A DNA stretch of 64,000 bases from positions 3,360,001 through 3,424,000 of the forward strand of contig CAWCKH010000004.1 of NCBI GenBank assembly GCA_963796055.1. Direction: 5' to 3'. Below, one piece after another: positions 9,008-18,581 of this stretch. This DNA is from an uncultured delta proteobacterium. GTDB taxonomy: Bacteria > Myxococcota > Myxococcia > Myxococcales > Myxococcaceae. Below the pieces are notes generated by a model. The model was not told the origin of the DNA, made no database searches, and saw only the letters and a program-made list of their open reading frames with translations. How positions within the stretch are numbered: the stretch's first letter is position 1; each line of letters opens with the position of its first letter. The translations under genes were made by a program, and so were the position numbers.

Positions 9008-9886
9008 CTACGCCACGGCTTCCGGCTCCATCTCTGCCATCAGCGCCGCCAGCTCGGCCTTGAGCTTGTCCTTGGCGCGGATCTCCAGCTGGCGGGCGCG
9101 CTCGCGGCTGAAGCCGAAGTGCTCGCCCAATTCTTTGAGCGTCATCGGACGCTCGTTCATCACCCGCTGCTCGATGATGAAGCGCTCGCGCGGGTCGAGC
9201 CGGGTCAGCGCCGTGCGGACGCGGGCGTTGATCATCCCCGCCTCCTCCTTGTCCGCCACCTCCTCGTCCTGGCCCACGGCGGACGAGGCCACGAAGTCCA
9301 CGTGGGTGCTGCTGCCGTCCTCGCCCATCGGCGCGTCGAGCGACAGGTCCCGCCCGCCCATCCGCTGCTCCATCTCACGGACCTCGGTGGGCTTCACCCG
9401 CAGCCGCCGGGCGATCTCCTCCACCGGGATGGCGCCGTCGCCGGCGTTGTACTTCTCGAGCTCCCGGCGGGTCCGGGCGAGGCTGAAGAAGAGCTTCCGC
9501 TGGGCCTGGGTGGTCCCCAGCTTCACCAGCGACCACGACTTGAGGATGTAGTTCTGGATGTAGGCGCGGATCCACCACACCGCGTAGGAGATGAGCCGGA
9601 TGCCCTTGTCGGCATCGAACTTCTGCACCGCCTTCATCAGCCCGATGTTTCCCTCCTGGATGAGGTCGGACATCCGGATGCCGTAGGAGCGGTACTCGTA
9701 GGCGACCTTCACCACGAATCTGAGATTTGCGGTGACCAGACGGTGGCCAGCCTGGAGATCTCCCTTGGCGTACCGGCGGGCCAGCTTCTGCTCCTCTTCG
9801 ACCTTGAGCAGCGAGTAGCGGTTGATCTCGGTGAGGTAGAGCGAGAGCGAACCAGGCATGACGGAGTGCTCGGAGGCGAGCTGCAT
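9008..9886 (-). CDS. sigB: Sigma-32 (RpoH) family sigma factor, SigB-like
   Basis: [27 protein letters not shown], RpoH box [21 protein letters not shown] before ATG 9886; sigB name inferred from synteny. Confidence 0.8.
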   Translation of the reverse strand: MQLASEHSVMPGSLSLYLTEINRYSLLKVEEEQKLARRYAKGDLQAGHRLVTANLRFVVKVAYEYRSYGIRMSDLIQEGNIGLMKAVQKFDADKGIRLISYAVWWIRAYIQNYILKSWSLVKLGTTQAQRKLFFSLARTRRELEKYNAGDGAIPVEEIARRLRVKPTEVREMEQRMGGRDLSLDAPMGEDGSSTHVDFVASSAVGQDEEVADKEEAGMINARVRTALTRLDPRERFIIEQRVMNERPMTLKELGEHFGFSRERARQLEIRAKDKLKAELAALMAEMEPEAVA

Positions 9887-9934
9887 TCTGGACGTCTCCA
9901 TGGGGTTCGGGGTTGCGACCACCCCGGGGCAATG

Positions 9935-9950
9935 AGCAAGGTAAGTGCCA
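9935..9950 (-). promoter_or_regulatory. Sigma-54 (-24/-12) promoter of the sigma factor gene
   Basis: Minus strand reads TGGCAC-TTACC-TTGCT, matching TGGCAC-N5-TTGCW, about 50 nt upstream of the start. Confidence 0.8.
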
Positions 9951-10027
9951 CCCCTGGCGGCTCTAATCCGGTGGAATCAGGGCGTTGCGGACGGATGCGC
10001 GCCGCGACTCTGTAGAAACGCCAGCCT

Positions 10028-10231
10028 TCAGTGCCGCGGCGGCTCGATCTCTCGCCCCGGTGGCCGCGGCGGCTCAGGCTCCTCGGGACGCGGGGGCCCG
10101 GGCTGCACCTCGGGTGCGCTCCGCCCAGGCCGATCCTCGGTGCCGGTGTACGGGCGAATCTCGGGCGCCGGGCCCGGCGGGAGGTCGGTGGGCACGGCGG
10201 GTGGAAGCGGAACGTCGGGCGGGGTCGTCAC
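10028..10231 (-). CDS. Possible small Pro-rich protein (67 aa)
   Basis: GTG overlaps the transglutaminase stop (GTGA) and the ORF fills the gap; no recognisable domain. Confidence 0.3.
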   Translation of the reverse strand: MTTPPDVPLPPAVPTDLPPGPAPEIRPYTGTEDRPGRSAPEVQPGPPRPEEPEPPRPPGREIEPPRH

Positions 10232-12219
10232 GCCCGGGACGTTGGGTGTGACGGTGCCGCCGGGGAAGGGGTGGGCACGCCCCGGAGCGCCTGCCTGGCC
10301 CGCCGCAGCAGCCGTCGCCCCTCGCCCGGCCCGAGCGGACGACGTCCGAATCGGGCCTCGCGGTACCGCTCGATGCCGGTGCGCACCGGGGCCAGCTCCG
10401 CCCCGTCGAGCCGGGCCCCGTCCAGCCAGCCGGCAGGCCCGAGCCGTCCTCGGCGGCGCAGGAGCCGCTGCAGCGCGCGGCCCAGCTCGGCGGTGTCTCC
10501 CGACGCTGCGCGCCGGCCGAGCAGGACGGCGACCAGGAGCGCCGCGCCGAGAATTCCCAGGGCCACGGCCACGCTCCCGTCCGGCCTCCGGGTGGTCCGC
10601 CGTGCCGGGCTCTCGCCGCCCTTCCAGTGGAAACCCTGGGTCAGCCGCGCCTGGTCCTGGAGCGAGTACTCCACCACCCGGTCGAGCCAGCGGATCTGCA
10701 GCGCTTCCCAGCGGGCGAGGAGCCAGCCGGTGATGCCGGACCCGGCCGCGGAGCGGTGCTGCGGCGGGGTCGCGTCCAGCCGGAGGAGGTGCCCGTCCGC
10801 CTCGGCCTCCACCCAGGCGTGGGCGTCGCCGGCCCGAACCAGGTACTCGCCGGCGGCGCGTTCCCCACCGTGGAACCCCACCACCACCCGCGCGGGGATC
10901 TGCCGGGTCCGCAGCAGCACCGCGAGGGCGGTGGCGAAGTCCTCGCAGTGTCCGGCGCGGCGGTCGAAGAGGAAGTCCGCCAGCGGGTCCTTCACCCGGC
11001 CAGGAAGCTCGAGCGTGTATGCGTACCCGGTCTGCAGCGCGCGCTCGAGCTGCCGGGCGATGGCCCGATCTCCGACTGCGCCCTCGCTGAGTGTCTCCGC
11101 CAGCACCGGGATGCGCGGGTCCAGCCGCGGTGGCAGCTGCAGCCGGCGCGCGCGCTCGACGTCGTCCGCGGCGCGGAAGGCGCCTCGATCGGTGGCGCTG
11201 AACGCCCGGTAGGTGAGGTGCTCGGAAGGCCCCACCAGCCAGACCTCGCGGTCGCCCGAGGGCACCAGCTCGGTGCGCACGCTGAAGGTCGCCTCGTGCG
11301 ACTCGGCGTCGCCGAAGACCACCGGGGTGTCGAGCGCCACCAGGGTGCGGCTCCCGTAGGCGGGCAACAGATCGATCTCCTGGCGAACGAGGTCCGGCTC
11401 GGCCGGGCCCAGCACCACCTGTCGTGCCGGAGCTCCGGGGCGTCCCGCGGCCGACCACTGCACGCCGTCGAAGACGTCGAAGCGGCGGCCCACCCAGTAA
11501 GCGTCGAGCTGCTCCGCGCCTGGATCGGGGTCGATGCGCGCCCGGAACACCACCCGTGGGTTGGCCTTGAGGAGCCCGGTGCCGCCCAGCCGGAGCCCGT
11601 CGGCGAACCCGCTGGTGGCTGGACCCAGCGACGGGCCGCCACGGCGCGCGGCCACGTTCCAGGACAGACGGGGGAAGAGGACGAAGAAGGCCAGCGCCCC
11701 CACCATCGATAGGGCGACCCCCACGGCAAGCGGCCGCAGCACCCGGCCGACCGGGGGGAACGCGCCGCCGCCCGCCTCGGCCAGAACCGAGAGGCCCTGG
11801 GAGAGAACGGCCAGCACCGCGTAGAGGAACAGGCAGAGGGCGAAGAGGAGATCCGCGCTCAGCACCGCGCCGCCGGCGACCATCAGCAGGGAGGCCAGGT
11901 GCACCTGGTCCGTCGTCCGCCCGGTCGGGCGCGAGAGCATCCGCTGCGTGGTGAGCAGGGACGCGGTGGTGCACGCCGCCACCACCAGGTCCAGCTGCTC
12001 CACCATGACCGCGGCGTAGAGGACAACCACCGCCACCAGCAGCGCCACCGCGCTCAGCCTTCCGTCGGCCAGCGGGCGCCGCCCGGCGATCGCCACCCCC
12101 AGGGCGACGACGAAGAGCGCCACCGTCCACAGCGGCACCTGCGCCGAGATGGCCATCGCCCCGAAGGCTGCGCCCGCGGCGAGGTCGCGGAGCACCAGCC
12201 GGAGTCGCTGGGGGTTCAT
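10228..12219 (-). CDS. DUF3488/transglutaminase-like (TgpA family) membrane protein
   Basis: N-terminal TM helices, FFVLFPR, RAGHCEDFATAL catalytic Cys, RVVVGF, AHAWVE; ATGA overlap with the DUF58 gene. Confidence 0.88.
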   Translation of the reverse strand: MNPQRLRLVLRDLAAGAAFGAMAISAQVPLWTVALFVVALGVAIAGRRPLADGRLSAVALLVAVVVLYAAVMVEQLDLVVAACTTASLLTTQRMLSRPTGRTTDQVHLASLLMVAGGAVLSADLLFALCLFLYAVLAVLSQGLSVLAEAGGGAFPPVGRVLRPLAVGVALSMVGALAFFVLFPRLSWNVAARRGGPSLGPATSGFADGLRLGGTGLLKANPRVVFRARIDPDPGAEQLDAYWVGRRFDVFDGVQWSAAGRPGAPARQVVLGPAEPDLVRQEIDLLPAYGSRTLVALDTPVVFGDAESHEATFSVRTELVPSGDREVWLVGPSEHLTYRAFSATDRGAFRAADDVERARRLQLPPRLDPRIPVLAETLSEGAVGDRAIARQLERALQTGYAYTLELPGRVKDPLADFLFDRRAGHCEDFATALAVLLRTRQIPARVVVGFHGGERAAGEYLVRAGDAHAWVEAEADGHLLRLDATPPQHRSAAGSGITGWLLARWEALQIRWLDRVVEYSLQDQARLTQGFHWKGGESPARRTTRRPDGSVAVALGILGAALLVAVLLGRRAASGDTAELGRALQRLLRRRGRLGPAGWLDGARLDGAELAPVRTGIERYREARFGRRPLGPGEGRRLLRRARQALRGVPTPSPAAPSHPTSRA

Positions 12220-13175
12220 CCGGGCGACTCCTCGTGGCCGGCGCGGGCGAGCGCACGGAGGATGGCCTGCGACTGGAGGGCACCCGCTCCGGGCTTCACC
12301 CTCAGCCCGCCGGTGCTCTCCAGGCCCACCTCGGCGCCGCGAGCGAGCAGCAGCTCGGCACGGGCGGCGAGCGCCTCGCACGCTCCGTCCAGCGCCTCGG
12401 CCGGGGCGCGGTCGTCCAGCGTCAGGAGAATGCGCGGCTGCGGCTGCGCATCGCGCTCCACCCGGAGCAGGGTTCCGAGCTGGGCGCTCTTTCGCCAGTG
12501 AATGCGCCGGGCGTCCTCGCCTTCCCGTAGCTCCCGGAGCTGCGCGAGGTCGCCGCCCCCGTCGAGTCCCCGGAGCGACCGCTGCTCGAGCCCGAGGCCG
12601 CTGCTCGGCGACGGCGGCTCGGGCGCCGCCGGGACCCGGCCGGGGAGCACCAGCAGCTCGCCCGGAATGTCCACATCCCGGCTCTTCACGAAGAGCCCGA
12701 AGGGGAAGGCGGTGGAGATGCGGACGGCCTGAAGCTGCAGGGGTCCCCGCCGCGGGGCCGCGGCCAGTGCCCGCACCACCACCTCGTCCCCCGACGGAAG
12801 CCAGGCCAGCCGGCCCACCGCGCTTCCGAGGACCGGGTGCACCTCGGCCACCGCGAGTGCGAACGCCTGCCCCTTCTCCAGCCGGAGGCCCCACGCGAGA
12901 TGGAAGGGGCTCCGGGCGCGGGGCGCCGCCGGCGGCAGCCGCCGCACCTGGACCCGGCGCACGCAGCGCTCGGAGAGGATGCCGGACACCACCACGATCG
13001 ACAGCTGCAGCCCGAGCACCAGGTAGAGGAGGTTGTTCCCGGTGTTCAGCGCGCCGAGGCCCACTCCGAAAGTCAGCACCAGGTAGGTCCGCCCAGCCGG
13101 CGTGGTCCGCAGCCGCCGCGGAGGTCTCCAGAACCGCCGCCAGGCGCGCAGCAGCCGCTCCCGTCGCGAGGTCAT
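12216..13175 (-). CDS. DUF58 family protein
   Basis: ALNTGNNLLYL, FPFGLF, LRELREGEDARRIHWRKSA. Confidence 0.88.
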   Translation of the reverse strand: MTSRRERLLRAWRRFWRPPRRLRTTPAGRTYLVLTFGVGLGALNTGNNLLYLVLGLQLSIVVVSGILSERCVRRVQVRRLPPAAPRARSPFHLAWGLRLEKGQAFALAVAEVHPVLGSAVGRLAWLPSGDEVVVRALAAAPRRGPLQLQAVRISTAFPFGLFVKSRDVDIPGELLVLPGRVPAAPEPPSPSSGLGLEQRSLRGLDGGGDLAQLRELREGEDARRIHWRKSAQLGTLLRVERDAQPQPRILLTLDDRAPAEALDGACEALAARAELLLARGAEVGLESTGGLRVKPGAGALQSQAILRALARAGHEESPG

Positions 13176-14149
13176 CGGGGCGCGGGGACCGATGCCAGCA
13201 CCGCCTCGAGCAGCGCGCTGGCCTCCTCGCGGGCAGCCAGCCCCAGCATCGCTCCCCGCGGCACCACGCGATGGGCGAGGGTGGCAACGAAGAGGTCGGC
13301 CACGTCCTGGGGAATGACGAAATCGCGCGCCTCCCACAGAGCGCGGGCCCGCGCGGCGGCGGTGAGGGAGAGCACCGCCCGGGTCGACGCCCCGCGCTCC
13401 AGCCCCGGGTACTCGCGGGTGGCGCGGGCCAGCGTGACCAGGTAGTGCGCCACCTCGGGCGCGACGTGGATGCTCGCCGCGCGTGCCTGGAGCGAGCGCA
13501 CCTGCTCCGGATCCAGCACCGGCGCCAGGGCGGACACCGGCTCGCCGAGGCCCCGGGTGGTGACCAGCTCCGCCTCCACCTCGGGCGACGGATGGCCCAG
13601 GGTCAGCCGGACCAGGAAGCGATCCAGCTGGGCGTCCGGCAAGGGGTAGGTGCCGGCCAGGTCGAGCGGGTTCTGGGTGGCCACCACGATGAAGGGCCGC
13701 GGCAGCAGATGCGTCGTCCCGTCCACTGTCACGTGGGCGTGGGCCATCGCCTCGAGCAGCGCCGACTGGGTCCGGGGCGGCGCGCGATTGAGCTCGTCGG
13801 CCAGGACCAGCTCGTGGAAGAGCGGCCCGGGGCGGAACTGGAATTCGCCGCTCGCGGGCGAGAACACCTGCACCCCGGTCACGTCGGCGGGCATGAGGTC
13901 GGCGGTGAACTGGATGCGGGCCAGGCGCAGCCCGCACACCCGCGCCAGACCCTCGGCGAGGGTGGTCTTCCCCACCCCGGGTGCGTCCTCCAGCAAGAGA
14001 TGTCCGCCGGCGACCAGGGTGGTGAGCGACAGCTCGACGGCGGCGCGCTTGCCGCGGACCACCCGGCCCAGAGCGTCACTGGCCCGGGACAGGAGCGCGT
14101 GGGCGGCGGAGGCGGCGAGGGGGGAACGGGGTAGTGCAGGAGCGGTCAC
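13172..14149 (-). CDS. moxR: MoxR family AAA+ ATPase
   Basis: GHLLLEDAPGVGKT, RIQFTADLMPAD, LADELNRAPPRTQSALLEAM, TQNP..GTYPLP.AQLDRF. Confidence 0.93.
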   Translation of the reverse strand: MTAPALPRSPLAASAAHALLSRASDALGRVVRGKRAAVELSLTTLVAGGHLLLEDAPGVGKTTLAEGLARVCGLRLARIQFTADLMPADVTGVQVFSPASGEFQFRPGPLFHELVLADELNRAPPRTQSALLEAMAHAHVTVDGTTHLLPRPFIVVATQNPLDLAGTYPLPDAQLDRFLVRLTLGHPSPEVEAELVTTRGLGEPVSALAPVLDPEQVRSLQARAASIHVAPEVAHYLVTLARATREYPGLERGASTRAVLSLTAAARARALWEARDFVIPQDVADLFVATLAHRVVPRGAMLGLAAREEASALLEAVLASVPAPR

Positions 14150-14182
14150 GGTGCCCGGGGGAGTCTACCGGGGCCGTCTTGC

Positions 14183-14512
14183 TCACGCCTCGACCGACTG
14201 CTCGAGCTCGTCGGTCCGGAGCCCGAAATACCGGAACATCCGTGCCTGGTGTCGCCCGAGCCCCGTGAGGGCGACGGGTCGGTCCCGGAGGGCCCGGGTG
14301 AGCGCATCGACCGAGAGGTCGACGAAGGTGCGCACCTGGGAGAAGTCCACTGTCAGCGGGACCGGGGGAAGGTTGCGGAGCGCCTGGGTCACGGCGTGCG
14401 CGGTGCTCCCGTCGAGCGTGCCGCGGAGGCGCAGCACCCATCGGTGCTCGTCAGCCTCCAGCCGGATGGGCGACAGATCCCGGAGGCAACGTCGCGTGGT
14501 GGATGGACTCAC
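14183..14512 (-). CDS. Small STAS-like domain protein
   Basis: VLRLRGTLDG..LTVDFSQVRTFVDLSV STAS-like pattern; GTGA overlap with the transglycosylase stop. Confidence 0.65.
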   Translation of the reverse strand: MSPSTTRRCLRDLSPIRLEADEHRWVLRLRGTLDGSTAHAVTQALRNLPPVPLTVDFSQVRTFVDLSVDALTRALRDRPVALTGLGRHQARMFRYFGLRTDELEQSVEA

Positions 14513-15252
14513 TGTGCCGCAGACGGCGTTCCCTCCGCCGCCAGGGTCCACCCGGCTGCGGGGAGCGCTCGCCGGGCCTCCATCTCCGCGTTGCGCACCC
14601 GGAGCCGCCGCCACTCCTCGGTCACGTCCCTCGGGTAGCCGGCGGCGAAGCGTTTCCGCACCGCCGGATTCCTCAGCAACCGCCGGGCGTAGGCCGGCCC
14701 ACCGTTGTACGCCAGCAGCGCCGCCTCGACCGTGCCGAACTCCCGGAGGAGCGAGGCCAGATAGGCGGTTCCCAGCTCGATGTTCAGCTCGACGTCGAAC
14801 AAGGTCTGCCGGTGCCGGAGCGTCGTGCCCCGCCGGGTGGCGAGGAAGCTGCCGGTGGTGGGCATCATCTGCATCAGGCCCATCGCTCCCACGCCCGAGA
14901 CCGCATAGGCGTTGAACGCGCTCTCGGTCCGGATGACCGCCACCACCAGCAACGGGTCGAGCCCGTTGGCCTCCGCCTCTCGCACGATGGCGATGGAGAC
15001 GCGCCGCTGCGCGCGCTCGGTGAGCACCGAGCGGCTGAGCAGCTCGGGGATGCCGAGCGCATCCGCCTCGCCGTACCAGCGCTCCTCGTCCTCGAGCACC
15101 CGGAGGCGGTCGCGCATCGTCGTCAGCTCCGCCTCGCGCTTGGCCAGGAGATGATCGCGATGCTCGATCGCCCGGGTAGGCGGCTCGCTGGCCCCCGCTC
15201 CGACATTGCTCACCAGACCCACGCTCAGTGCCATCACCCACAGTCGTCCCAT
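14509..15252 (-). CDS. Soluble lytic transglycosylase (SLT), possibly an LtgA orthologue
   Basis: Signal/TM segment, VIRTESAFN..AVSGVGAMGLMQMMP, NIELGTAYL, ALLAYNGG. Confidence 0.9.
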   Translation of the reverse strand: MGRLWVMALSVGLVSNVGAGASEPPTRAIEHRDHLLAKREAELTTMRDRLRVLEDEERWYGEADALGIPELLSRSVLTERAQRRVSIAIVREAEANGLDPLLVVAVIRTESAFNAYAVSGVGAMGLMQMMPTTGSFLATRRGTTLRHRQTLFDVELNIELGTAYLASLLREFGTVEAALLAYNGGPAYARRLLRNPAVRKRFAAGYPRDVTEEWRRLRVRNAEMEARRALPAAGWTLAAEGTPSAAQ

Positions 15253-15314
15253 CCCTGTCCTCGCCGCCCCTGCCCCGAGCCTTGCCGGGGTGCCCCGCGC
15301 GCCGGAGCCCGCCC

Positions 15315-15330
15315 AGCACCTTCCGTGCCA
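15315..15330 (-). promoter_or_regulatory. Sigma-54-like promoter for the transglycosylase-STAS pair
   Basis: Minus strand TGGCACG-GAAG-GTGCT, one mismatch to consensus. Confidence 0.6.
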
Positions 15331-15355
15331 TCTCCCCCTCGTAGGATTCGCAGGC

Positions 15356-16795
15356 TCACATCGTCTGCGCGACGACGTCCGTCCCCGCGGCCGTCGAAAT
15401 TTCCGGGATGGCCCCCACCGCCGCGGTCCGGACCTTCCGGGCCCGGGGGGCCGGCACCCCGAGGATGGCCAGGAGCATCGGGAAGACCGCGGTGAGCGAA
15501 AGCGTCTCGCCGTGGACGACGTGTGCCCGCTCCGGGGTGCGGATCCACAGCATGCCCTCGGGGTGGTGCATCCCGCTCTTCACCCCCTCCACTTGGTAGA
15601 AGAGCCCGAAGAAGGGCGCGACGCCCGCTGGACCGGACACGGCGGTGTCCCTGCCGAGCGCGCCGTGGATCTTGCATCCGCAGAACAGGCCGGCACCGTC
15701 GCGCCGGACGGCGAGGGCGGGCCGCTCCCCGACCCGGAGCGCGCCCAGGCGTCGCTCCGCCTCCGCTGCGGCCGCCTCGCTCTCGAGGTAGACGTGGAAC
15801 TCCTCGGCCATCACCGGCGCCACCTGGCGCGGCGGCGAGACCCCGGCGAAGGAGAGCAGCCGGTCGAAGTCACGCGGCCGGTAGATGACCTTGCCTCCGT
15901 GCTCCTCGTAGGTGAGACACGGCTGCTGGGAGAGCGCGGTGCACAGCACCACCGTCGTGTCCCCTCCGGCCATCGCCAGGCACTCGCCCACCAGTCGGTC
16001 CATCTGGCGATAGCCGAAGAGGACCGCGTCCGAGAGCGCACGCTGCTCGTCCGCACCGGGCTTCACCCGGAAGAGCTCCGGCGCGAGGTTGCGCCAGTAG
16101 AAGTGCTGGAAGTGGGCGGTGCTGTTGAGGAAGAAGGTGGAGAACGCCGGTCGCGCCCGCTGCCAGTGCCATCGGAAGAGGTCGAACTGCAGCCGGTCGA
16201 GGAGCACCGCCCGGCGCCAGCGCGAGCGGGGGTCGAGCCACTCGCCCGCGAGCTGCCGAGCGATGGCCTGGACCGTCGCCACCGACAGCCCGTGGCGCGC
16301 CATGAAGCCCAAGAAGCGCAGGCGGTCGGCGCCGGTCACCGGGACCTGGTCGCTGGTGTGCTCGAGCACGTGCCGGCGGACGAAATCGAAGTACCCCCGG
16401 AGCGCCTCGGGCCGGGGCGGGACGTGCGTCGTCCACGGGTCGGGGAGCATCCACCCCCGGAATCCTGGCCCGGCCGCCACGTTCATGCTGCCGCAGATCC
16501 ACGACTCGAGTCCGGCGGCGGAGAGCACGTCCCACAGGCGCGGGGCGGTCGTCCGGTGGCCCTCGTCCAGGTTGAACACCCCGTGCTCGCGGTAGCTCTC
16601 TCCCGAGTGCACGGTGATCCACTGGATCCACGGCTCGAGGAGCGGCGGACGCTCCCCCGCGTCGGTGATCCACACCCCTGCCTCGTCGTGTAGCCGCCGG
16701 AAGTTCGGCAGCTGCCCGGCGTCGATGAAGCGCCGCATGAGGACCGGACTCAGCTCGTTGAGCTCCAGGACGATGACTGCGCGCTGCGTCGGCAT
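15356..16795 (-). CDS. Alkaline phosphatase superfamily-like protein
   Basis: VIVLELNEL..GQLPNFRRL, LEPWIQWITVHSG, NSTAHFQH, KSGMHHPEG. Confidence 0.7.
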   Translation of the reverse strand: MPTQRAVIVLELNELSPVLMRRFIDAGQLPNFRRLHDEAGVWITDAGERPPLLEPWIQWITVHSGESYREHGVFNLDEGHRTTAPRLWDVLSAAGLESWICGSMNVAAGPGFRGWMLPDPWTTHVPPRPEALRGYFDFVRRHVLEHTSDQVPVTGADRLRFLGFMARHGLSVATVQAIARQLAGEWLDPRSRWRRAVLLDRLQFDLFRWHWQRARPAFSTFFLNSTAHFQHFYWRNLAPELFRVKPGADEQRALSDAVLFGYRQMDRLVGECLAMAGGDTTVVLCTALSQQPCLTYEEHGGKVIYRPRDFDRLLSFAGVSPPRQVAPVMAEEFHVYLESEAAAAEAERRLGALRVGERPALAVRRDGAGLFCGCKIHGALGRDTAVSGPAGVAPFFGLFYQVEGVKSGMHHPEGMLWIRTPERAHVVHGETLSLTAVFPMLLAILGVPAPRARKVRTAAVGAIPEISTAAGTDVVAQTM

Positions 16796-16939
16796 GGGCC
16801 CAACGTGGTGACGGCCGGTGCGTGCCTCCACTCGACCCCCGCGACGACCCATCGACTGACGAACACTTCGGCGTCCGGAGGCACGGGGTCGGGACGTCCA
16901 GGACTGGCTCAATGGCCCCTTGCGACCCACCATGCCGCG

Positions 16940-17149
16940 GTGCTCTGGACCAACGGCTGCATCCTCCTGATGCTCTGGGCGCTGGGTTACGTGGCGGGAG
17001 GCGCGGTCGGCCAGTGGGTACATCTCTTGTTGGGGCTTGCCCTCCTGCACTTCGTGCTCGGGCTCCTCAAGGCGGGTCGGCACCTGCCCCGCACCCGTGG
17101 AAGCTGGGCCACGACGCCTCCGGCCCCCGTGGAGACGCCCCGCCGCTGA
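16940..17149 (+). CDS. lmo0937/DUF5670 family small membrane protein
   Basis: MLWT..ILLMLWALG..GQWVHLLL pattern. Confidence 0.6.
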   Translation: MLWTNGCILLMLWALGYVAGGAVGQWVHLLLGLALLHFVLGLLKAGRHLPRTRGSWATTPPAPVETPRR

Positions 17150-17214
17150 ACCCCGCGAGGCGCCCTCGACGCAGCAGGATGCACTGACTCTGCTGCCGTG
17201 TTCTCCTCGAGCCA

Positions 17215-17707
17215 ATGCTTCGCCTGCTCGCGATTCTCCTGGCCGCCGCCGCGGACGCCGGCCCGCCTCCGCTGACCGAGGAGCTGCCACCGGGAGCGCC
17301 GGGGGCTCCGGAGGCCGCGGCGCCGCGCGCACCGCTGATTCGCCGGGTCAAGGTCGAATCCGCGCCGGCTCGGGGCCGAGCTCCGCACCGTCGCCCAGGA
17401 GGCGGCGCGGTCTGGCGCACGGGTGGTGGTGGAGCTGGGCGCGCCGTGGTGCGAGCCGTGCCGCGCGCTCGACGCCGCCTTCGCCCGCGAGAGCAATCGC
17501 GCCGTCCTCGCTGGCTGGTGGCTGGTGGAGGTGGACGTGGATGCGCTGCCGCCCGGGCCGGTCCTCGGGCGGTCGGTACACACCGTCCCTGCACTCGTCC
17601 GCCTCGACCGTTCCGGGCGGCCCGAGGCCTGGCTCCAGGGAGCTGCTCTCCCCACCGACAGTGCCTCGGGCCTGGACACGGCGCTCCGGCGGTTCCTCCC
17701 GTCTTGA
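17215..17707 (+). pseudogene. Exported thioredoxin-like protein split by a +1 frameshift (~17357), possibly a sequencing error
   Basis: Signal peptide in one frame and VVELGAPWCEPCRAL in the next; that frame has a stop at 17336-17338. Confidence 0.65.
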
Positions 17708-17731
17708 CGCCCCCCGGCAAGCTGTTATGTA
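17704..17731 (+). promoter_or_regulatory. Sigma-70-like promoter of rplC
   Basis: TTGACG, 16 nt, TATGTA with an extended -10 TG. Confidence 0.45.
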
Positions 17732-17813
17732 GCCCCGCTTTCCGGCCACCCCCCCGCCCGGAGAGGAGGGCGGCACCTGGCCCGGGCAGGCGTACCAGCG
17801 AGGAGCAGCGACC

Positions 17814-18476
17814 GTGAAGGGCTTGATCGGCAAGAAAATCGGCATGACCCAGGTGTTCGACGCGGACGGCAACCTCGTCCCGGTCACGGTCATCGACGCC
17901 TCCAGCTGCACGGTCGTGGGCAAGCGCACCCCGGAGCGTGACCAGTACTCGGCGGTGACGCTCGGCTTCGGCAAGGCCAAGGAGAAGCGCCTCACCGCCG
18001 CGCAGAAGGGCTCCTTCAAGAAGGCCGGAGTCGAGCCCCGCCGCGTGCTCAAGGAGTTCCGCATCAGCCCCGACGAGGCCGCGGGCTTCAACGTCGGCGA
18101 GGCGGTGACCGTGGGCCTCTTCGAGAAGGGCCAGCTGGTCGACGTCACCGGCATCACCAAGGGCCGGGGCTTCCAGGGCGTCATGAAGCGCTGGAACTTC
18201 CGGGGGTTCGGCCAGACGCACGGGACCCACGAGTACCGCCGCCACCCCGGCGCCATCGGCCAGCGGAAGACGCCGGGCCGCGTGTACCCGAACAAGAAGA
18301 TGCCGGGGCACTACGGCGTGGAGCAGGTCACCACCCAGAACCTCACCGTGGTGGACGTGGACGCCGAGAAGAACCTCCTGCTGGTCAAGGGCGCCGTCCC
18401 GGGCCACAGCGACGGCATCGTCTTCGTGCGTCCCTCGGTGAAGGTCTCGCTCCGCGCGCAGCAGGCGAAGAAGTAG
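17814..18476 (+). CDS. rplC: 50S ribosomal protein L3
   Basis: GLIGKKIGMTQVF, VDVTGITKGRGFQGVMKRW, KMPGHYG, LLVKGAVPG; GAGGAG RBS. Confidence 0.97.
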   Translation: MKGLIGKKIGMTQVFDADGNLVPVTVIDASSCTVVGKRTPERDQYSAVTLGFGKAKEKRLTAAQKGSFKKAGVEPRRVLKEFRISPDEAAGFNVGEAVTVGLFEKGQLVDVTGITKGRGFQGVMKRWNFRGFGQTHGTHEYRRHPGAIGQRKTPGRVYPNKKMPGHYGVEQVTTQNLTVVDVDAEKNLLLVKGAVPGHSDGIVFVRPSVKVSLRAQQAKK

Positions 18477-18581
18477 ACCGTCCGGAGCACCAGGCGGTCG
18501 TGAACGTCTGGACTCGGGCATTGCCCGTCCGTCCAATGACGACCATCGGGCGTTCGGGGCTGAACTTCGACTGACGGGGCG

